In this document: piece by piece, positions 52,603 through 64,000 of the stretch
How the letters are laid out: each line of letters starts with the position of its first letter
Position numbering within the stretch: the stretch's first letter is position 1
Assembly: GCA_025786725.1 (NCBI GenBank)
Contig: JAHLTZ010000058.1
Coordinates: forward strand, 1 to 64,000
Source: Syncephalis fuscata S228
Taxonomy: Eukaryota; Fungi; Zoopagomycota
Length of the DNA: 64,000 nucleotides
Reading direction: 5' to 3'
The notes under the pieces: generated by a model
The model's database searches: none
The model's input: the letters and a program-made list of their open reading frames with translations, nothing else
What the model was told of the DNA's origin: nothing
Translations under genes and position numbers: made by a program

Positions 52603-55400
52603 CTAGACTAGTCCTTCGGTAATCACTTGTTTCTTGTAGTCCTTGATGCCTTCACCTTCAAATCGAGCCACACGTCCTTTACTACATACCCATATCTCGC
52701 TACTGACCGCAGAAATGAATCGTTCGTCGTGACTAACTAGCACGACACCACCACCAAACGATTTAAGAGCCTGAGTCAATGCATCGATCGAATCCATATC
52801 CAAATGATTCGTAGGCTAAGTAAAAGCAAATATTAGTATTAATATTGATATTAATAAAACAATTTGACATTAATTACTTACTTCATCAAGAATTAAAAAG
52901 TGTGGATTTTGAATGGCCATACAAGCAAAGGCAACACGACTCTTTTGACCACCACTCAGTGTACGAATCTGTTGTAGACCTGTCATGCCAGAAATACCAA
53001 ATGCACCCAATTGACGACGGTATTCTTCCTCAGTCTTACCCGGCCAACGAGAGGCCATATAGCCGACTGAAGTCATATTGACATCAAGCTGGTCAACGTG
53101 ATGCTGACTAAAGTAGGCAAAGCGTAAACGACCATTACGACGAACATCACCACTACTTGGTTCGAGTTGGCCAGTAAGTAATTTAAGCTATAAATAAAAT
53201 AAAATTAATTAATTATTAATATTATAGTTATCATAAAGCGTTTACTTACCATGGTTGTTTTACCAGCGCCGTTTGGTCCAACCTAAATAATAAATAAGAT
53301 TATCTATATTACATTATTTAAATAAAAAATTACTTACAATGGCAATACGTGAATTCATAAGCATATCAATATTAACATGCGATAATGTACGACTGCCCGC
53401 TTGATAGCCAAAGGTTACTTCATTCATCTGCAAGATAGGCGCGTTAAGACTATCTGGATCAGGGAATTGGAAGGTGACCACTGCCTCATCTTCTGGCAAT
53501 TCAAGGGTCGGTAGCTTTTCAAGAATCTTAATTTTACTTTGAGCTTGTGCAGCACGATTAGCATTGTAGCGCCAGCGATCGATAAAGTCTTGTAAATGTT
53601 TGCGATATTGTAGTTGTGATTCAAATTCACGTACTTGATTCTTACGACGTTCAACACGAGTTTTGTCAAACTGTGTGAAATTGCCCTTATAATAATCAAG
53701 ACGTTCAGAATGTTGATGCATAATATCTGTGGCCACTTCATCAAGGAATTCTATATAAATAAATAGTACAGTTTAATGGCTATTCCATCTATTAATACAT
53801 GCATTAATGACATACCTCGATCGTGAGAAACGACCAATAGTGTATTGGGCCAATTTTGCAAGTAATTTTCTAACCAAGCCACTGCAGGAATCTATTATAA
53901 ATAAATAGATAAATAAATAGATAGGCATAAATGGCAAGTTAGTGTATATTCATTATTGTCATACTGTTTAATAGTTTACTAGTTTAATAGCTCTATTAAC
54001 TTACATCCAACATATTTGTCGGTTCATCAAGTAATAGTAGATCTGGTTTACAGAACAGTGCACGGGCCAATGCCAAACGCATACGCCAACCACCAGAGAA
54101 TGTTCGAGTGGCTCGTTTTTGTGCCTCTGGTAAAAATCCTAAACCGGCCAGAATAGCCGATGCACTAATCAACATCATTTTAATTAATACTAGCAATATT
54201 TGTTAAGTAGCTACTATTACTTACCGTGCTTCTGCTTTATCCGATTCAATTTCCTCTAATTTTTGGAAGGTTTTTTGAAGTCGTTCACTTAGCGAGTTCT
54301 TTGTTTTTTCATACGTTTCTTTGGCTGCTTCATCGTTTTCATCAATGGCCTGTTCATCAAGCTCGGCAAGTTCCTGTTGTATTGTACGTTCTTCTTCAAG
54401 TAAATGTTCACGCCAGGCATCGGCACTAAGTACCGCTTGAATGGCCGATGTATCTGTCCCCGTCATCTAATTGGATTAGAAATACTTGTTAAGAAGAAGA
54501 AAAATAATACTTGTTGATAACAAACAATCACTTACTTCTTGTTCAACGTGAAGAATACTGACTTGTGCTGGTACGGCAACTTCACGTAATGATATATTAC
54601 GTAGCAGTGTACTCTTACCTATAGATAGTTATATCCAATGAGTACTATTACTTTATGTGCTTATTATGGTCAATATCAATATTTACCAACACCGTTACGT
54701 CCAATAAGACCATATCGTCGACCAAATGATAACATCAAATTAGCATCGGTAAGGATACGTTTACCAGCAAACGAGATGTCAAAGTTCTAATAATAACATT
54801 ATTCTATTATTCATATGACACTAGTAGGTAGATATTATAACTTACTTCAACACGGACATCCTTTGATTTACCACGGGTCGTTGTATAGTCAAGAATAGGA
54901 TTGACGGAAATAAATGTAGTATCGTCTTTTTGGTCAATAAGTTTACTTGCTTCATAGGCTGCACGACGATCGCGTTTTTCCATTTTCGCCTTAATCTTCG
55001 CTTCAGCTTTGGCCAGCTTTCGGTTATCGACCTGAGAGGCAACTTGTCGACCCGATACACGTTCCATATCAGACGAACCGACTACAAGCCGCGCTGTAGC
55101 CGATACAGATTCTTGAGTAATCATCTGCACGGGCTGTTCGAGTTTTGTAAGTTTTGGTGCCGTGTCCGATACTCGATTCATACAGAGATCGCCAAGACGC
55201 CGACACAGATCGCGTACGGCAGTCTCGCTGCCACCTGCATCCTCAAGAATAGGCCCAAGGAATTCGGCCAAATCGTCTTCCTCTTCTACGGTCGGCGTGT
55301 CATCGAGGTAGCCGAGAATGTACTCGACAATGGCATCATCGACCGCGGGTATGCATTCGCGTACAAGCGCGGTCACTTGTTCAGTACGCATTTCACTCAT
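52603..55400 (-). CDS. GCN20: ABC-F ATPase Gcn20/ABCF3
   Basis: Two ABC cassettes without TM segments: [47 protein letters not shown] and [12 protein letters not shown]; Gcn20-type N-terminal extension. Confidence 0.9.
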
Positions 55401-55695
55401 ACTAACAGTAAGGATCTACAGAGGCTTTAAAGCCACGAGATACAGTAGATATAATAATAGAATAAAAGCGGTGAAGCTACAAACTTTGCGTATGAATAAT
55501 AGTGTGGCGGTGGCGATGTGTCTGTGTAAAAATCAATAGTTTAAAGACAACATTTCAGCTATTTATTAATAATACTAACAAAATGATTAATTAATTAATA
55601 GTAAGAAGTTGAGTCAATATGGGTCATTTTTCTGCTCGTATTTGCATTCCGTTTAGCCGCGTTTTTAATTTTATTGTTTCTTCGTATAATACACC

Positions 55696-58600
55696 ATGGA
55701 CACTAGACGGGATAATAACATTAATGGCACCTCCAACAATGAGCATAGCGTTAGAAATAGCCTAGAGGGCACGCGTATTTGGTTTGTTGAGCTATTTACG
55801 CTATTTGCACAGCCAATTCCTACAGTCAATACAGCCGCTTACACCATTGAGGCGAATAAAGTCAATGTTGGTGTACGTGCTATATTTGAGCGTATTTTAC
55901 GCGTCCACATACGCTTAAACAAGGTAAATAGCGTAATATTAACTATAGTAGAATCTAACAAGACTTTATCGCGCGAATCTAGATTGGAATGAGACAACCA
56001 GCGAATTATTCTGTCGCTCACTTCAATTGGTACAAAAAGCACTACAACGCGTCCCACTTGTTGTTACTTACGATGAACATCCATCTACAAATACTGATGT
56101 TTCTATGGCTGATTCAACAGTAACTGCGATAACCATTGATTCGGCATTAGAGCACATCAACATCAATATAATCACTTGGATTCGTTAACTGATAAAAATA
56201 CGACTACTAATCAACAGTCCAGTACTTCTAATATAAAAGACTTACATAATATCCGCTCTGCCTTATTCTATTACTGGCTTACAGGTCAATTATTAGAATT
56301 GTTACTTGAACCATTACCGCCATCTGTATTGGACTCGGTTATTAATACACTTGTCATTTTAGACACAGCAGTTACACGATCGAATATTAAAGATGAGCTA
56401 TTTGCTATTCATCTATTATCATTTACACAAGGTGGGTCAATATAGTATAAACAAACAATTATATTTATTAGTTTATTTAGAATTATGGATAAAACTTGTT
56501 CATAATAATAATAATAATAATAATACAATAGCGACATTTATTTTACCATGGCATCAAGTAAGTTGTATATTTAATAATATTTTTATTTGTATTTAATAAC
56601 AATAATAATAACGATACTATTAGAATATATTGCCTGGTATTAAAATTGAATCAGATTTACAAGGAAAACGATTATTAAATGGACTCTATTCACTAATTGG
56701 TAAATGTACAAAATCAAATTCACTAGGATGGACTAAAGTGTGTCCATTATTGATAAAATGCTTGGAAGATGATCAAATACTGACTCAACCATATATTGTG
56801 GCAGTATGTTTAATATTCAATGATAAATACAAGTTCTAATATTGTGTATAGTCTATATTAACTACTCTACAACAACTACTTATGAATGGCTTGATACCAC
56901 CTATTAATCACTATCCAAATCTATTATGGTCACTTTTATCACATACTTATTGTCTATGTTGCTGTATTGATACAGATAGTGAACCAATACCAATGCCATT
57001 AGTAGAAAATGATAATGAAATTGAAGAACCTTCAGTAATACAAATGGCTGATTTGTTAGCAGATAGTTTAACACGCCTATTACAGTTAAAAGACGAGTTT
57101 ATTGCATCTATTGATGTAGTAGGGCGTGGTTGGATAGAATTTACAATGATATCAAATTTCTGGGATGATAATAGTTATATTTTATTAAAAGTAAGCTATT
57201 CAATAGTTGATAGTTAATAGTTGATAGTTGATATTAATAAAATTGAATTAGATGGTACTTTTAGATGGATTATCGCTTATATTAGAACATAGACCATGCC
57301 TTGTCAATACAGAATCATGGCTATTACAAGGATTGGCTTGTATTCCGCTACAACATCAAGTTATTCAGTGTTTATTAAAGTTGAAGACTCATGGTTCATT
57401 AAACGGTACTACGCAAACGTTAATTGATATAAATACAACTATCAATACTTCTACAACGATATACGACCAAATAAGCGAACAATATCTATTGTAGATGAAG
57501 ATGAAAATGAAAGATGTCATTAATAATAAGCTATTTAAGAAACGTAACAAATCAACAACAACAACAACAACTGATGAAATGTACGTATAAAATGATATTA
57601 AATACTAAAATATATTAATATATACTAATGTAATAGTAATAGTAATAGTAATATATAAAACCAGTTATGAGATGGCCATACGATGAACAAACACAGTCTC
57701 TAGTAGAGCAAGAATTGCAACTTAATAATTTTAATATAGTAAGTGCATGTTTATTATTTTATATAGTATTTAATACTTTAAATATATCTAGTTTCCTAGT
57801 GGAAAAACATTAATTATTTATGCCGGTGTTATTAAATTACTTGCTGGAAAACAGTATTCTTTTGTAAATACGGCTTTAATCCAAGTAATGACACATACTA
57901 TTGAGAGATTTATGGAAATATCATTAATTGCTGTAGAGGAGAATGTAAGTTATAACGATAACAATAATAACAATTTGACTTGTTAATTAACACTATTAAA
58001 TAGCATCCTATGAATGATGGTCAATCGATTTATTTGGGTCTTGTACATTTAGTAGTGACTGTACTCGATTATTATGGTACATTATTACTAGCTATAATTA
58101 TATTTTATTAATCTAAATTAACAATTTATAGATACCGACAACGAGGAATGGCTTGAAATGGTGGAATATCTAGCCTTATTACCATGGATACAACAGGGTA
58201 TTACTTCATATGAACTATTTACATTTCTGAAAAGTACGATATTTCAGCGTTAATACAAACAACGCCACAATTGACACCATCATTTCCATTACTGGCCCGA
58301 TGTGCACAATTTGGTACAAGCATTGGTGGCATAGTAGATGGATTCTGTGAAGCTATTAAACGACATACACTATGGTCAATTGATGCTTGGTCTTGTATAC
58401 ACTTTATACTTACTAGACTTACTAGAACAAGATTAAATCAATTACTTGAAACCATTAGGTATGTAATTGTAGTTGATAATGGCATAACTAATATCCTATA
58501 GTAAAAGCAGCAATATGGTTAATGCCACTGAAGAAGAACGACTTGTAATGGCAAACAAATTGGTCATATTAGTTGTATTACATCGGGACAAGGCCAAATA

Positions 58601-61600
58601 ATCTTGTGTGGACCACCCGATAATAGAATATGGCATCTTTACTGTTCTCAATGTGATCAAGCATTACCAGAATCTATTTATAAAAGATTAAAAATAGATA
58701 TGGATACTGGAGAGATAGTAACACCAATAGCCTGGTCAACACAACAATTAATAGGATTTAGAGAATTGTTACATCATCGAAATGCATCGGAACAAGTACA
58801 AATAATAGCCATGAATAGTATTACTCGATGTGCAATACATTTACCGGATGAACAGCTTGTACATTTTACAGAAAATATTATGGGTTTTTGTATAAAGTCA
58901 CTATTTCAATCAAAGTCATCGATCCGTATGGCTACTAGGTAGATAGTAATAGTGCTCTATGTATAATTATAATTAATACTAGCTATTATGGTTATTAATA
59001 GTAATATGTTGGAACGATGGGCTTATCGATGTTCGCCACTATATACAGCATCCAATGGAAGCAATAATACGCGTAATAACAACAATACACTGATAAGTCA
59101 TGGATCCAATGTGAACATTGATTACATTTTTGAATGTTTATCACGAATATTGAGTCAAAACAAGACTCGTCCATCAACTCATTTAATTACTACTATTCAA
59201 AATGTTGTATGGTAAGCAATATAGATAACACAATATATAGTATGTTACATGTAATTAATTATGTATTTATTAACAGTTCTGGTTTATTGGCTGAACAATG
59301 TTGGTGGCCAATTAAAATACTAATTAATCTATATGAAGATCATCCATCGCCACTTAGACGTACCATTTTACAATCAGTAAGTATCAATTAAATACAGTAT
59401 ATACTAATTAATCATCTAATCATTTAATCATCTAATAATCATAGTTATCAAAGACATCAAAATATTATGGATATCAACATTTAAGTGAATGGATTGAATT
59501 GTATAAAACACAATTGGCCCAACATTTACTGGATCAATTGGCAAATAAGCCATTTAAACTTTCAAATATGGTTGAATATCTTACTGGACAGTCAATCGAT
59601 GAATATCTTACCGATACGCTTATTGATACAGTGCCTAATATTATTCTACACAGAGATGACATACGTTTACAGATATTAACAGCACAACTTGGTAAATCTC
59701 GACCTGGAGAGATTTGTATGGAAGTACTGCCGAATATATTTTCCCATTTACTCCTTGTGATGCCCAAAGAGTTAGAGCCCATTATTGAATGGTTAACCAA
59801 GCGATTAGCTACTAGAGAAACGATTAATGTAGCACATATACTTCAAGTATGTATGGTAGATCTTGTAATGGAACTATTATACGAGTTAGGTGATGAAAAA
59901 ACGAGTCGTCAACAAAAGGTAATAACAATCTATAGATAATGGTTAATATTAATATTGATAGTGGATTAGGCACAACGAGCATTTCTATTTCTTATTAAAA
60001 TGACTGCAGTAGATAAAGATGTCAATAGTGTTAATATGGATACAGATGACGGTATCGCAACATTAGTGACACCACTTGTTAAGCCACATGCATTGGCATT
60101 ATTATCAAAATTTGGTACTCGTTTAATAGATTCGTTTGAACAACAGTCGGAACAACATCCAATTGTTTATAATAAATCAATAAGTATTGGTACTAAACTT
60201 GTTCGAGCACTTGGATATTTTCTTTCATTCTTAAAAGAAGAAACATTTACCATTTATCCACAGGTAATTTGTAAATGTTGATTAATATTAATACAGTTAT
60301 TGATCTATTGATTATTTAGGTCATTTCAATACTTCAAGGATTACCGGGACATTTATGGGTACAAGAGGCAGCAACCAAAACATGGGAAATATTATTACAC
60401 CAATTAGGTGCAGATCATATTGATAAAGTGATTGTACATTATGTGGCATTTATATTTAGTAATACAGCCATTTATACAACATCGATGAAACAAAATATTA
60501 CTGAATTTCTAACCAGTATATTATCAAATAACAATACTCTATCTGTGGAGACATATCAATTATTAAGAGGATTTCGTTTACCAAAGGATATGGAATATAG
60601 TGCATTACACGCACTAGAGCCATGGTGCCAATCGATTGAACCGGTTCAACTAGCTCAATCTCAACTGCAATTAATGCGACATAAAAGCTTTATTGTAGTC
60701 CAACTTGCTTTACATGAATTCGAGTGTACACTTGCTCAGCATACAAATTTAATGATTACTGGATCGGACGAAAGTGCAGTATTAGATGCATCACTCACTT
60801 CACAGGCTATTTCAACTTGCTTTGATTTGCTATTTAATTACGATAGCAATAATCGACGTATCCAACATGCTTGTGTTCGATGTTTAGGAGCTATTGGAGC
60901 CATTGATCCAAGCAGAGTTGCTGTTTGTTCGCCAAGAAAGTTACTGCCTTTAACGGCGCTTATTCAGCCACCACAGATTTGTTTGGATTTTGCGTGGTCG
61001 TTAATTAAAGATAAACTGTTACAAGAGTTTTTTGCCGCACCCGATGCCACAAGTCAAGGTCATATGGCCTATACACTACAGTGCATGCTTGCCTATTGCG
61101 GTATGCGTACAGTGGCTACCGCTACCGCTTCTTTCTTCTCGACCGAATGGATTAATGCGTATTGGCGTCGATTATCCGCCGATGAATGTCGTACATTGGA
61201 GCCATTTAGATCCTCGCGTTATTCGGTCAAACTACAACTACCCGATGAATTTCCTCAGCCAATTTATGCACATCAATCAAGCTTCCGAGGCTGGCTAAGT
61301 ATGTGGTCGCAAAGTTTACGTAAATCGTTACGAACACCACATATTCGTAAGCTATTTAGTGCTTGTAAAAGTGCTATTGCCAGTGAAGAATGTACAGTAG
61401 CACAACATATTCTACCTCATTTAGTGCTTAATGCACTTCTCGATGGATCTGTTAATACACGTGAACGTATCATCGATGAAATACTAGCCGTATTAAACGA
61501 TGTGAAAGATTGGGAAAGCTCGAGTCAGAAACGACATCTTTGTGTGGAGGTATGAACTAATAATAATAATAATAAGTATAATATTTATAGCTTGTAAATG

Positions 61601-64000
61601 ATTATTTAGATGGTGGCGTCAATTGTAGAACAATTGTTTGGATGGATTAAAACACAGAAACGACAAGCTATTTTACGAACATCGACGAGTGGATCAATAT
61701 CGAATTCATTGCCTTCGCTAGCCTCGTTATCGCCTTCGACAGCATTATCAGCAGTGGCAACTGTGCCAACCCATTATATTACTCAGCTTGAACGCCTATT
61801 AGCGGCTATTCCTCGTGATTTGTTGGCTGAAGCAGCCTTTAATTGTAAAGCTTATGCCCGGGCATTTCTTCACTATGAACATTACGTTCGTGAACAGCGT
61901 AGTCTACTAACTGACGAAGAGATGCGTCCACTCTATCATCGACTACAGCATATGTATACATTTGCTGATGAACCGGATATTGTAGATGGTATCTCAACAA
62001 AGTTCCCTCAAAAGTCGATTGAACAGCAAGTATTTGAGCATGAAACGGCCGGTCGATGGACAGCAGCTCAAACTTGTTACGAGTTGGTTATCCAACGTAA
62101 TCCATCGTCACTTGCAACACATCTTGGCTATATCAATACATTACGTCAGCTGGGAAGACTTGGTAGGTGATTTTTATAGTTTTCATAGTTATATTAATTG
62201 TTTATTAGAATCATTAAGAATGCATGTAGCTGGATTAAAGCAGTTAGAAGAACAGATGTTGCTTAATCAACCTACAGCAAAGCCATTGATTGAACATGCA
62301 TCAAAAGCTGTATCTAAACATTGGGAACCAGCACTTAATACTGAATTATTAACAGCCAGCTGGAGTTTGCATAACTGGAATGAGTTGGATCAATTGATAG
62401 ACAAGTCAAGCTATGAACCATCATTTGAAAGTGATTTAGCACTTATTTTACAATCGATTAAGCACCGAGATGCCACTTTATTGGAACAGCGACTTATGGC
62501 CACACGGGAACGATTACTGCCCTCGTTGACCGCGGCGTGTGCCGAATCCTATCGACGTGCTTATGATCAAACACTAAAACTGCATATGCTGCATGATATC
62601 GAGACATTTGCTATTGGAAAGCTTGGCATGTCATTAAGTTATGTTGATAGAACGGCGGCTGTATCACTGGCAGAATGGCCACAGCGATTACAGTCAACGA
62701 TGGCCACGTTTAAGGCGCGTGAACCCATTCTACGCTTACAACGGGCCCTATTAAGTATAGCTCAGTAAGTAGAATAATAACAGTTATAGAATATATATTA
62801 ACATATATATATATATATATATATATATAGGAGTGAACCACGAGAGATGGGTGAATCATGGCTTACAACGGCCAGTCTAGCTCGAAGAACCGGTATTGGG
62901 GAAATGGCCCATGTAGCGTCATTGCAAGCAGAGCAGTTAAATGTGCCATGGGCTGGTTTACAGCTAGCAAAACTTCATTGGGAAAATGGTCAACGATCCT
63001 CGGCTATCCAACTACTTGATGCATTAAGACAGACGCAGCCAACTAACGCTTCTCCATGGACTGAGACACAAAAAGCCAAGGTAATTACAATTACAATTAC
63101 AATTACAAGTGTTTTATTCATTATAACTAATTATTTAAATCTAGATGAATTTATTACGTGTACGCTGGATGGAAGAAACAGGATCGAGTAAATCAAATGT
63201 ACTTATTATAAAGTATACAGAAATTGTTAAAGAACATCAAGAGTAAGTAGAATTAGTGAATTTATTAAATTACTAATCGCTGTTATTATAGTTTTGAAGA
63301 TGGCTATTTCTATTTTGCTCGTTATTTTAACAAGCTTTCCGATAATCAAGCGAATATTTCACGTGGTGAAACAGCAGAACAACATTCAGATGCAGCAAGG
63401 TATATATTTAATTACTAAAGAAGTGTTAATTAATGATTATGATAGATTATTGCAACAGCAGCAACGAGAAGAGAAGCGTGTAGAATACGCGAGACATGCA
63501 TGTAAATTATACGCTCAAACTTTAGTTGCTGGATCCAAGTATATTCATCAAGCAATGCCCAAACTACTTACTCTATGGCTTGATTTAGGTGCACAAATAC
63601 TACCAGAACGAGAACATGTGATGTAAATGCCCTATATATATATATACTATTTATTGTAACAATGATGATGATGATAGGCGTCGTTTAATTGATGGCAAAG
63701 ATAAATTGGGCGAACATATGAAAGAATTAAATAATAGTATTATTCGGCGAATGGATAAGATTGCTCCACATCAGGTATAAAATAGTCATTAATATGATTA
63801 GTATTGATATTAATTGTAGTTATTTAGTTTTTAATGGCATTCTCTCAAATGGTATCACGTATTTGTCATCCAAATACTACAGTATTTCCTATTCTTGAAC
63901 GATTGATCATTCAAGTGTTGGCCAGTTATCCACAACAAGCACTTTGGAGTCTGATGAGTGTGGCGCGTTCTACGTATATTAAGCGATCCAATCGCTGTGC
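55696..64000 (+). CDS. MEC1: ATR/Mec1/Rad3 PIKK checkpoint kinase (partial; continues past window end)
   Basis: HEAT-like region; CLGAIGAIDP; FAT-region LAEAAFNCKAYARAFLHYE, FEDGYFYFARY, YIHQAMPKLLTLWLDLG, FLMAFSQMVSRICHP and YPQQALWSLMSV match ATR-family segments. Many short introns; 5' exons uncertain. Confidence 0.88.

Noticed and set aside
55924-55951. Possible 28-nt intron in the ATR 5' region
   Set aside because: It restores an open frame but is much shorter than other introns here, and the region has probable indel errors; unsupported without RNA-seq.

Overview
AT-rich, intron-dense eukaryotic DNA with short GT-AG introns. The gene set suggests an early-diverging fungus, possibly a zoopagomycete such as Syncephalis (inference only). 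Recognisable genes: rhodanese+PTP phosphatase, CBS-domain protein, alpha/beta hydrolase, a tandem trio of signal-peptide/7TM genes (third copy dead), an AA11-like LPMO, a CMTR-like cap 2'-O-methyltransferase, an OB-fold/Zn-ribbon protein, a GRIP golgin, a secreted Shewanella-like phosphatase, a TBC RabGAP, an ARHGAP39-like protein, DGAT2, GCN20/ABCF3 and the 5' part of ATR/MEC1. The standout lies in the apparently ORF-free stretch at 30.7-35.3 kb. It holds two paralogous secreted-peptide genes, each with a signal/pro-peptide exon ending in Arg-Arg, followed by 13 and 21 consecutive 3-nt micro-exons separated by homologous ~80-nt introns (AG|NNN|GT, ~83-nt period, all phase 1). Splicing by hand gives open frames ending in ...RR-SFPGLGQKDDTDPF* and ...RR-DPRWKFPTVYNSHGHTGRAVI*: one intron per residue, with potential for combinatorial peptide diversity. 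Also found: a 284-bp non-LTR retroposon-like insertion with a 15-bp target-site duplication, and recurrent single-base deletions that are probably assembly errors.
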